Shown here piece by piece: positions 27,955 through 41,171 of a stretch of DNA of 64,000 bases. The stretch lies in NCBI GenBank assembly GCA_012295275.1, contig CM022672.1, positions 15,624,001-15,688,000 on the forward strand, written 5' to 3'. Position numbers and translations under genes: made by a program. Each line of letters begins with the position of its first letter. Within the stretch, counting starts at the first letter, position 1. Source of the stretch: Chrysomallon squamiferum. Taxonomy: Eukaryota; Animalia; Mollusca. Under the pieces are notes generated by a model, which had not been told where the DNA came from, did not search any database, and worked only from the letters and a program-made list of their open reading frames with translations.

Positions 27955-30900
27955 TTTTATTATTACTATTGATATTATTGTACATAGATTTTTTAAAATT
28001 ATTATTAAATTCAGTACCTGCTTGTCATCGTCAAAATCCCACTCTGGTACTGACTCAACAGGTTTTTGAGTATGTGCCTCAGTCTGAAAAAAAACAAAAA
28101 CAGCCTATGAAGTACAAACATGAAAAATATGAAGGTAAATTTCCACATATTATATTTGTTTTAAAAAATTTATCTGTCAGTATATGTATATACAATATAC
28201 ATTTTTTTATTATTATTATTTTTATTTTTTTTATCAAATAAGTGAAAATATAAATATTGAATGTGTGCTTGGATAACTGTTTGTATATATATATATGAAA
28301 TATAATGAAAATTCATTGAAAACCAAATCCTTGCAATAATAAAAAAGAAATAGATGTTTTATTAATAATACCTTTATAAATATATCATCTTTTGAACTGC
28401 GTCGTATCTGAGTGTTATGTTCAAATATATCACTTTCACTTAGTTCTTCGGAACCTGATTCAGCAGACTGATTTAAAAATTTTGTAACTTTTTCAGACGA
28501 ATGCCAGGAGGTTGATGCACGAACTGTGACACCATCAGAATTATTTTCTTTCTGAAAAAACAACAACAGTAACTTACGTTTATTATAAATTAACAATAAT
28601 AATTCTTTAAATCTCTCATTTTAAATATGCAGGATATAATTAAAGTGTACCATTATTATTTACATTACTCCCTTTCTGAAAATAATTTTGAAAATACTCA
28701 TGTTCATTATGGTTATATTAATTTTAAAAATCAGTTACTTTCAGTTACTTAGTTAGTGGGCCTTTGATGACATAAATATATCTGAAAGACTTCCAAGTTA
28801 CTTTTTACTAAGATTCTGCTAATAATACTTTATTATTTACAAGACAATAAAAAATCTTCAAATAATTGTTTTCTTCTTCCACTTCTTTTTTCTTTTTTGC
28901 CACAAGCTGGAAAGTCAGTTTTATGCCTTAAAGTGTGATTCTATCTTACCATATCAGACTTGGGATTAGGTCGATATCCCATTCCTCGTGGAGTGTCCAG
29001 CCCAGTATCACAGCATGTATAAGCTCCAGGACTGAAATGGAGTTCCATGTGGAACCTTTCATCTGATGATGGGTCCTAAAATAATTTTAAATATGTAAAA
29101 CATTTAAGGTTTCTTACAGCAAAGTATTATAAACAAGATTATAGGTGTCTCAAATAAAACACAAAAAAAGATTAAAAAAAGAAAGGTAAAAAGGTTTTAA
29201 AAAATATATTTACATATACACACTATTAACTTCTCAGCTGTTTTATTTTTCACTTATACAACCAAAACTGAATTCGTCTTTACATGCAATAGGTAGGTAT
29301 CATTAACATTTTCTTTGTCCCCGTTTTATTAAAAATTAACAGTCACCTTGCTAGGGTCTTCGAACAACATTATGACTATTTGTGTCATGTAATTCAGCTC
29401 TGCAGTGGCACTCAGGAAATCCATAGCTCTCCTCCACTGTTCATCCTTGATTTGCTAAAAAAAAAAAAAAAAAAATCATTTACACATAAAAAAACCATAT
29501 TAACAGGTCATATAAAAAAAGAAGTAATGAGTATTATAAGATCAGAATTCAGTTATTATTCTACTAAGTAAAGATTTGTGAATACTAGAATGATAAAGTT
29601 TGAAACTAAGCAATATAAAGAAAAACTGAAGTTAAAAGAGTTGATTACTATTTTCAACTTATCACAAAAAATTAAATATGTTACAATGATAAAACATCAA
29701 GATCATGTCATTTATACAGTGGTAATCTTTGAAGTAAAAAATTGTGTCATTCTCCCACAATATATTTTAATGAAAAAGAATTATACCAATCTCAAAAATA
29801 GTCCACCACAAGAAGATTGTGGATATGTCAACTTAAGAAAGACTGACATCCTGGACTGATCCTATTAGGAATACCTTAATACTGTGTCTATTTTATTAAA
29901 TTTAAAATTTATAAATGGCTTTTAGATGTAAAATTTGATCTCTTTTCAGTATGAATGACTTAGCTTAGGCAAAATGATCTCACCTTTTAATCCGTAAAGA
30001 AAATTATGCCTGATTAAAATACAGTATTCTTTAGTGAAAAAAACAAACAAAACACCTACAACTTGGACGACTTACATCACATAGTCCCCCATATCTCAGC
30101 ATGTTGAGTAGGGAATGAATGTGACTCTCGCTGGTGAAATAAAGTCGAGTTCGTACAAAGCGCTGTGGTGATGCAACTCCTTTAGAATACCTGACAAAGG
30201 AATATTTTGTATCAACATCAGTTCAATAGATTTATTAGTCAAAAGTTTTTTTAGAGTATCTATAAACAAAAATACTTTGATTCAAACATTAGAGATTTAT
30301 TAACTGAAACGCTTTAAAAAACTGGAAATAAAAAAAGTGTTTTATCAACAACAATATCAGTGTTTCAGATTTAATAATCAGTACTACTTTATATCTGTAA
30401 TAAAAATATTCTGTATGAACAACAATATCAATTATAGATTTATTAATCAATACTCTTTTAGAAAATCACAATAAAAATATTTTCTATCAACAAGAAGATC
30501 AATTTTATATATTTACTAGTTGATACTTTCATATTGTTTTAGCACTGGGGAATTAATTTAATGCAAAAGATGCTATTATTTATTTGTTTTTATTTAAATA
30601 TAAACAGCCTGAAATTCTGATGGTTGGGAAGTTACAATTAATTTTAGTAAAGCAAATTATTATTATGTTATTAGAAACAGATTATTTTAATGTTATGAAT
30701 ATTTTAAATTGATGTATTGGCTGGTTCTTCAGTAAGCAGTAACTAACAACCAAATATATCTATTTATACTGGAAGTTATTATCTAAACAAAATTGTTGTA
30801 AGTATTTAATTAAGTATTTTATATGACTAAACATAAATAGTGTTAAACTTTTTCAAGAAAGTAATTATATCTGAGAAGGTCATAATATATTCTGTATTAA

Positions 30901-30987
30901 TAAATGTTTTCATAATTTTCATTACATTTGTCTAAACAATATGTACAACTATGACATTGTAATTATTTACTCTAAGTACATATTATG

Positions 30988-31059
<72 letters not shown>

Positions 31060-33432
31060 CACACACATTAAGTACTGTGTTGTACCTGGAATCAAGCCGT
31101 GTAGTGTCAGAGTCGTATGGCTGTTCACTGTGGTGGTTCACACACTGTAACAGGTCACTGTGGATCTTCTTCATCAGTGGAGTACAGTAACTCTGAGAGA
31201 TGTGCAGTTTCTCTTCTACTGTTATTCCATATTCCTAGTCAAAATAAACACCTATGCCCTTGTCAAAATGTTATAACTGAATTATTTTCTTTCATTTTTT
31301 TCTTCTTTTTAAATAATAAACATATCACATTTTTTTCTCTAAAAACTAAATTTCTTTTAATACTCAGATATTAGTTAAATTTTAAATTATTTCCTTATGT
31401 GTGATCCTGCATGTCAACTTAGGGATTAAGTCACATTTTAGGATTTTTTGTATAAGCAAATAATCATACTAATTCTGTCATAAGCTTAATTTTGATGTCA
31501 CTCTCATCTAAACCGCTTTTATGGTTGCCTATCTGAATAAATGTAAATTCAGTGCAAACTTGAGTAGCTTCTTGACTCTGGAGTAGGAATAGATCTTCAA
31601 AAGTATTTTGACCAAATTCATGACTTTATTTTCTGAAGTAATCATCTTTCATCAAAACATAACAAAAATTAATCATGACTTTAGAATAATTTTTTACAAT
31701 GACAGAAGTCTGAACTGCAATTTAAGCCCTAATTTAAAAATTGATGGTCACATACACAATAAGTTTTTATTTCTGTCAGTACTTTTTTAATACTTTGTCT
31801 GATTTAATGTATACAAATATAATATAAATATTTGTTTCTCAATTTTTTGTGAATGACTTTTATAATGTCATCAAAGCTATATGTTATGTATGTACCAAAT
31901 AATATCACATGAATCATTTGATTAATGTACCTGTGGAATAACAATATCAGCCAAGGCTTTTGAACACATGAATAACTCTTCTGCTCGTTCAAACTGCAGA
32001 GTCCTCTGGTTGTGCTGCAAGTCATATTTAATGCAGTCATACACATCAGGAATTTTGCTGATATCAAAACGATTGTTTTTCATTTTGAAATCTTTCTCTA
32101 ACTTCGCCCACCTTCGAATCAGCAGCTCCCAGGACTCACCATGGTACAGCTTGAGTTCTGAAAACAAAGAGTTAAACTGAGAAACAGTTATAACACACAC
32201 ACACCCCACACACACACACACACACACACTAACAGTTTCTATACAAAATGTCATCTTTTCTACTCTTAAAAGTCATGAATAATAAAAAAAATAAAAATAA
32301 GATATACATTTTTAACATTATTATTATTATTATTCACATTAACACATTGTATGGAGTATTTACTGTCAATTCATGCAGTGTATGAAATGTCAAAACTACA
32401 TGCACACTGGCTTTTATTTTTAATTTTAATTAAACTGATTATAATATTATTATAGATAAAAGAAAACATTTCTAATGACTTAGTCGTAAAAAAGAAAGTT
32501 TGAGAAGTTCTAAAATATTTGAAAACATGCTAATAATGTAGACTATTTATAATTCTGCTGTATTTTATTTTCATGTTCTGTTTACCTTTTTTTTTCAGCT
32601 CAAGCTTCAGGGCTCGAATCTTTGTGGTAATTTCACGTATCATTTCATGCACCCTCTCACACATTTTGCGAGGATTTTCAACAAACCTCATGGCATTAAC
32701 CAGAGAAATGTTATTTACTGCACCAAGCTGTAATAAAAAACCCAGTATTGTTTTTGAATGCTGGCAAGAAACAGCAATTTTTAAAAGCTAGTTTATGTCA
32801 AATTTATTTGGAGTGTCTTTTAATTGTTTAAAATTAATTTTATTTCTACTGTTATATGTGTTTATTGTACATACACATATACATTTATATATGTGTGTGT
32901 GTGTGTATGTGTATGTGACACACACATCTATCTATCTATATATATATATCAGATAGAGTTCAATTAGTTAAGCGTCGAGAGAGATACATAAGCAAACAAT
33001 AGCTCTATCCTGCATGTATTTTATGTGTTTTAACTTGAAGGCAAACATTTTACAAAACAACAACAACAAAAATAAAAATATCTGCAGTTGTAAATCGTTT
33101 TTTTAAAGCAACAAGAACAAATGGTGCTGAAGCCCACCTTTTGGTAATGATCTTCTGTGAATTCTGTGTTCTCATTTAATATGTCCTTCAGCTTTTCTTT
33201 GACACTAAAACAAAACAATAATTTATACAATATGAATAATAAGATTAGTTGTTGACAGACATTGTACAACAGTAAACATGTAAATGACAATCTACATACT
33301 ACAACTGGTATTTTGATGTCTTTCCCTCGCCATCGAGCAATCCATTGTTGTTAGCACTTTTCACCATTTGTATAAGAATTGGTGTCAACTCTCCTTCCAA
33401 AGCAAGCAGACCCTAAAACAAAAACACCTGAC

Positions 33433-33478
<46 letters not shown>

Positions 33479-33484
33479 TGATAA

Positions 33485-33523
<39 letters not shown>

Positions 33524-36500
33524 AATAAAATAAGTAAATTTAAAAATCCCATGATTTTGATGTTTGTTAAGTAACAAATAAAAGATTTTATTTGAGAAAT
33601 ATTTTTTACTTTAAAACCCTGTCATCAATCACATAAAACAATATACAAACACATAAAATTATACTAGAATAAAATGAGTTAATTTTTTATTTTCATTTAA
33701 TGCCATAGCCTTGTAATTAAGCAATCTTAAATAAAAAAAAATAATAATAAAAAATATAAAAATTTAAATTTAAAAATGTATAAAATTATACTGTAATCAA
33801 ACGAATAAAATCAAGTGCTTCTTTTCAACGTCACAGACAAGACACCAAACAATCCAAAATACAAACACATATAACTGTATTATAATCTGAAAAGAAACTG
33901 CTTCTTTTCAACTGACGTCACACCTTGGTAAATGCTGCTGCTGTCATTTGAACTCTGCCTTCATCTGAAGCATAAATTTTAAGATCATGTCGGAATGTAC
34001 TATGAAGTCGAAGGAAACCAAGACCTGGAGAATCAACAAACTGACCTGAAATCAAAGTTATAAAGTATTCAAAGTAAAACATATTATTAAAAAAAATAAA
34101 ATGCTGCAGGAGACTGAGCAGACGGCATTTTGTTAAATATACCCAAACAAAAAAAGACATTTATGTAAAAAAATAAAAGTAATAATGAATATTAAAGAAC
34201 AACAATAAAAAAAAAAAATAATAATAACCCAAAAACAACATAAACAACATCCACATCATTTGTAACATTTAATAAAATTAATGAAAATAGACTCTTTTTT
34301 TCTTTTCTTTTTTTTAGCTCGGAAAACTGCCTTTCTGATAAGATTAGTGCATTATTATTAATTATACAACAGAATTAAAACAAATTTATTTTTAACAATG
34401 TTGCTTATGGCAACCAGAAATGAAGAGTGTCATATTGTTTATAAATTCTCAGTAGCAGACATTATTTTTTTTTTTCTTTTCATGGATGATATTAAAATTG
34501 TGTCTATTGTTTTTCAGTGCTGATGCTATAATTAACAGACCATGTTATTATTATTATGTATATATAATTTATTTTTGTTTTTTTTCGATTTTTGCTTTTG
34601 GGTCATTCTGTGTCAAATCACCCAGTGGGTTAAACCCAACCATGTCAGATGAAACTTGGTATACTTATTGATTGGGATCCCATAGAACCAAATCTGAAAT
34701 TTTAGGCCAATTGGACCAGTAGTGTGGGACAAATCTCTCCCCACCAATTTTGAGTTGCTTGGCCAAAATGGGTGTGACCAACATTTGAACCCTCATCTCT
34801 CAGGAAAAGGTTTTGTGATCCCCTTAATCACCATTCTAAGAAAGCATGCACTAGATCTTTATGAATTGTTAGCATGGGCACTTACAAACATTTAGTAAAT
34901 CCTCCAAAGACACTAGTGCCAGGAGACAAGTTGGGCTGTGTCTGTCTGATTAGCTTTCAGAAATCAATGGTCCAAACCCCTGCAGAGGAAAGCTTTAGTA
35001 TGGGTGGTATCAGTATGGGAGAAGTTGATGATGACTTGCCAGACAAACCTCCAAGTTGTTGTTTCCCCAGAAAAGGACTTCGATTTGAATTCTGCCCTGT
35101 TGAGTTTAGGCAAAACTCCTGCTTTAAGTGGCCAAAATGGTCAAGGGAACACAGCAATTTCACCGGTTAGTTCCAGTGTCTAAATCAATGATGATATGAC
35201 AGAGTTACCAGATGATGCTAGAATGCAAGACTATGGGGGAAATGACTGACTGAATGATTATGTGACTGCTGAACTGGTGAGAAGGCAATGAAGGAAGTAG
35301 TTTGATACCATATGATCATACATGTAGGCCTGCAATGTCTTACTTGGAGATCAAGAGAGATGCCGATTCCTAGCATCAGGAATTGATCATTCAGGTTTTA
35401 GCTAATCAGATGTTAATGGCAGAAAAGGTGTTATTGTCATGGACATGCAATTTTTGAATGTGCATTGCTGCTAAACAAAGAATATTACACCTCTGAAACT
35501 TTTATATGTTTTAGTTAACATTTGGGACATTAAATTTCAGGAAAGGTCATCTCAAGTTATCGTTATACACAAGGTCAAAAGGTCAGACTGGCCCAGTAGT
35601 TCCTGAGGGTTCAAAGGTTGGTGGTCATGCCCATTTTGGCCAAAAATCTCAAAAATCGGGGGGTCATATCTCCCACACCACTGGTGCAACTGGCCTAAAA
35701 TTTGGTGCTGTGGGATCCCAGTCAACAAGTATACCAAGTTTCATAAAAATCTGAGATGGTCAGGTTTAAAATATATTTTTTGGGGGGGGTGATTTGACAT
35801 GGAATGACCCTTTTTATTTATTCCATAACAGTATTTGTTACCTACAAAAAAATATACAAATTTTCATATCAAAGAAATATCAACTTAAAAGCTTTGTATC
35901 ATTTGTGTAAATAGTTTAAGTGGACTGGCTTAGTCATCAATAAAGTTAGATGCATTATAAATAATGCTTAAAACTGTTTATTTTATATTAAGAGGAATAT
36001 ATATATTAGACAAAAATAATGTAAAAGGAGAGTAAAGATAAAAAACAAAATCAAAATCTTGATTATAATTAAATGTCTGTTTAGTTAATATTTAATCAAT
36101 CCTATTGCAAATTAATTTCCTTTTTTTAGTTATGCTGATGATTTGTTTAGAAGGGGCAAAATAACTTTACTTATTTGAATTAGATTTTTCAAAAATTAAA
36201 AAAAATATATATTATTTATTATCTGTTATAAAAATGAAATGGGAAACTATTAGTGAAAAACGTCATTTAACAATTAACGTTTACTTTAACCATAAAACTG
36301 GCAATGATTCGTGAGTCAGGTTTATTGTAGAAAATACTTATTAGTTAATTAGTAGCCATAAAGGTTAATTAATATGCAGTTCTATTACTAAAATGCAATT
36401 ATTTACAGAAACTTTCCAGGATATCACAAAAATACGCAGCTCAAAAAAAAAAAAATAATAATAATAATTTGAAAAAATAAATAAATAAATAATAAAAAAA

Positions 36501-39387
36501 AATTGAATATTAATGAACAAGAACAAAATAAATAAATAAATAAATAAATAGCATTATCAAATTTTAACTGCTTTGTAGAAATCTGATGTTTCCAGTTTCA
36601 ATCTACTGTTCAATGTTATTATCCATATGCCAGAAACCAAAATTAAGTGATTATACTTTAATAAAAATAAATGTTAAACTGTTTTAAATATTTATATTAG
36701 AAAAATTAGATTCCTGCATTTTTCTGCATCAAGGGCTGTATTACAAATCAAAAGTGCACAAACAAAACAGTATTCTAACTGCTGCCAGGCATATTTAAAT
36801 GTGTAAATGATAAAAATCCTGAGGATATATTTTTGTGACAATTTTATCATATCAATTATAAGGACTTTATTCACACTGTAAAATTATTGGTGTGTTTTTC
36901 TGTAAATAATGAATCATTTAAAAAAATAATAATAATAAAAATGATGATGATAATAATAATAATAATAGTAATAATAATAATAATAATAGTAATAATAATA
37001 ATAATAATAATAATATAAAATAAATTAAATAAAAGTATATGTTTGCTGTGAAAATAAACAGATTTTAAAATGAAGTTTAATCACATTTCTTAGCTTAAAT
37101 AACTATGTTATAATAAAATTATAAATTATGTACATATTGTCAGAAATGTTTAAGATACAAATATTAAATGTGTCTAATAAACAGGACTTAACAAGTTTAT
37201 ATTTTTAATTCATGCTTCATTATCAAAGAAAATATTTCTTCAGCATGCATCCATGCATAAAATACACTGAAACCATGTTTAATTAATACTGTGCAAAACT
37301 GATACTGTGAAAAAAAAGAAGAAAAAAGTTATTTTTATTATCCTTATTCAGACCTATTAAAAACAATACAAATGTGCATGTTTGTTTATTTTTTACTTAA
37401 ATTTTTATTTTAAATTGCAATTTATTTTACAAAATGATGCAAACCCTAACAGATTAATAAAGTAAATAAAAAGTTTATTCAACAAATAAAAATAAAAATT
37501 AATTATTAAGAATAAAGCATTATTTAGCATATTATAAAACGTTTATATTTACATAATTATAATTTAAATTTTTGTTTTGTTGTTGTTGTATAGGTATTTT
37601 AATGGCTTAATTTGGATAATATTATTCACTGAATAATTACAATATCTCAGCTTCTAAATATAATTAAAATAGTGCTTTTTTTTAATGTTTTTTTTTTTTT
37701 ATTGCATCTATTACTATGCAATAATAAAACACACAAGCATTAGCATATCAGTGTCCCCAAGCAAATGGCCAATGATTATTTTTTAATTTGTTATTAACAA
37801 CCAATTTAGTTAAAAATAAAGTATTAACAAACAAAAAATAACATAATAAGGCTTTGAAGATACATTAACAATATTAACAAACAAAAAATAACATAATAAG
37901 GCTTTGAAGATACATTAACAACATATTCCCTTTTATCTTTATCAACTGAAATACCAAAAACAAATTAATTTTAAAAATCCATAACAAATTGAGGACATAG
38001 CAATTTATATTACATTTCAATATATGAAACAAAATGATATGAGAAAAATATATCATCAGATTATTGTCATATTTTTCTGTCAGCAAAGATTGATTATTAA
38101 ACAAACAAAAAATTAAAATAAATAAATAAAAGAAAATTGTGGCCATTTTGCTTGTATCACCAAAGCTACACTTTAAGCTTTTCCCAGCTATAATAATGTG
38201 CATGAAGTAAAATTACAATAGAAGTGCTGAGGCTAAAACTAGTCTCTACAACTATATATAGTATCTAGTAAACTTTATATTAGCACTAACTTTAAACAAC
38301 TCTTTTTACTGCAGCCATTTTTATTTGAGCACATATTCTTTCTTTTTTTCTTTTTTTCATGCAGTTTCCATAAATTCATTAAAACTTGTTTTGGTTATTT
38401 GGTTAAAATAAATAAAATAATAACTAAAATTTTGTTTTGTTTTGGTCATTCTATAAAAATTATCAACAACTTATTCACAATAGCAAATTAACTTTCAATA
38501 AAATATTTATGAATATTTTCTCCAAGACATAAAAAAATGTAGTTAAACCATGCCTTGACTATAAGAAATACAAATAATTGTAATAATAATTAGATTTTTT
38601 TTTTTTTTTTTTTTTTATTATTACTTTAATTTGGTTTAAAAACAACAATATTCTACAAAAACATGCAGGTCAAATATATATCCAGCAAATATCATCCAAA
38701 TATATAAATATTTTTTATGCATAACTGTTTCTTATGATTTTTATTTTTATATTAATTTATTAGATAATTTGTATTATAATTATTATAATTATTATTAATT
38801 TTTATACAGCAAATATCATGCAGACTTTAATAAAGGAAACATAATTTTATGCTCTTTTGGGGTTATTCTTAATTTTAATATATATATACAAGAATATCAA
38901 TTTTAACTCATTCTACATTTTTTAGTTTTGTTATTTTAAGTCTATTATTATTAAAACTTTTTTCTTTTTTTTTTTAAAACACTGAGCAAACAACAAATTT
39001 TAAATTATTAAACCAACATTAATTATGTTGCATTTTATAAAAACAAATTTTTAATAAATATATAACTGTAAAAAAAAAAAAAAAAAAAAAAAAAAGATTT
39101 TTTTTACAGAAAATTGAGAAATCAAGGGAAATGGGAATGACCATCAGTTTTAGACAAAATCCTCATTCTGACCTGGATGGTTATCTAGGATCCAATATTT
39201 AGGGTGGTCTTGCGAGGCTGTTGACCCGGTCCATCCCCCTGGGACACGTACATGTCCTGGTATACAACAAGAGGGTTATTACAAAAATAGCTAGAACTGA
39301 AAATTAGGTTTTTATCATATACACATGGCGATTTTGTAGGGATGGCATATGGGTAGCAGTAGTTTAATACTGAATTGGTTTGTGTGG

Positions 39388-39421
<34 letters not shown>

Positions 39422-41136
39422 ATTTATATATATGTATATATGTATACTCTTTTGAAGTAATATCAAGTAATATACTTCACAAATAATAACAATAATAATA
39501 ATAATAATAGTAAAGTGAAAAGAATAAAAAATAAAGAGGTTTGTTAGGTTTCTTTTATTTTTCTGATGAAAAAGTCCTGCAAAATTGGTTATAATAATGT
39601 ATGCTTTTTACTGTTTTTACTAAAATATACATTTAAAAAAAGAAAACAAGAAAAATGAGAAATGAAAAAGAAAAGTGAATTTTAAATTAATGAATTACTG
39701 TTATTGTTTTAATTTAAAGAAAATCATAAAAATAAAGGATTATATAAAAATATAAAAATTAAAAAAAAAAAATCATTATTAAGTTTACATTTAAGGGTCT
39801 AAGTATACTTGCATTATTATAAATGATAAACTATTAAAAGATAATAAAAATCATAAAAACTGTAAATAATTAATTAAATAAATAACAGTGAAATACAAAA
39901 AACAAATTTGAACCTTGACCCATATTTTGGCCTCTGACCCAAACAATGAAAGTGGTAAGATATCTGCTTCTTAAATGATAGCCAACATCCTAAAATATTT
40001 TTTGTGATTCTCAAAAATATAAATTGTTATTTCCAAAAAACAACATTTTAAAAATACATGTATTACTGATAATTTTTCATGTATTTAATAAAAAAAAAAC
40101 GTATTGAAGTTTAGTTAATTATAAACTACTTTAATTAATTATAACAATATCTGAACTATGTATTAACAGCATCTGTAGGATAAAAAAAAATATATTAATA
40201 CACAATATATAAATAAATAATAATAATAATAAATAAAATCTTAAAAATAACAAATAGCAGTAAAGTTTTTTAAATATAATTCTAACATATGTAAGTAAAT
40301 AAATCTAAAATGATGAAATAAATATTTTTATACTTAATCAACACTAATGAAAAATTCATTGGAAGATTTCAAATTAATAAATCATTTAAACAACTACAAG
40401 CTTTTTCCCTGCAAAAATTTAATTAAGTAAATATCTGTTAACTATATAACTTATTATAAAAAAAATTGTAATAATTTGCTATAAAGTAATTTAAGATTTA
40501 TTTGGAAGTTGTCTATTCAATAAAATATTATCTTTTATAGTATAGGCAAATGGCTTAAACATGTATGTTGTACACTTTTTTAATTTGTGCTCACATCAAC
40601 CTTTTCTAATAATCAAGGCTGTGAAGATGCCTCAAGACTGATATTATTCTTTTTATCATGATGTTATTTTAATAAGCAGCATTATATCAAATATATACAT
40701 AAAGTAAGTAAATAAATAAACAGAAATTTGAATGCTTATTTAAAATTATTTATTTATTTATTTACTTTTTCCTATCTTTATTTATTTTACTTTTTTTTTT
40801 CTTTATACTTCTATTTATAAAATAACATCATGATAAAAGAATAAATTTTGCCTTGGCATGTCCAAATAAGCATTATATTTTATTGTTACTAGAAAAGGTT
40901 GCTTAGAACAAACAAATGAAACAGTAACTTTATACAAAATATGTTTATACTTTATCTGCATAATATTATATTAAAGATATAGAAAATTTTGTTTATATGG
41001 AGAAGCACTGTGGATAGATAGCTGTTAATTCATTTTTTTTAAATAAAAAAAAAATAAAAAACCTAAAAAAAGTATTAAAAAATAAAAATAAACAAAATAT
41101 AAAATAAATAAATAAATGAATGAATGAATGAATGAA

Positions 41137-41171
<35 letters not shown>

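Noticed and set aside
31968-32791. Plus-strand ORFs overlapping PPIP5K exons (also 53514-53771 and 54371-54565)
   Set aside because: Antisense shadows of real minus-strand exons
34874-35737. Short ORFs inside the TIR element
   Set aside because: No recognisable transposase motifs; they lie within a decayed transposon
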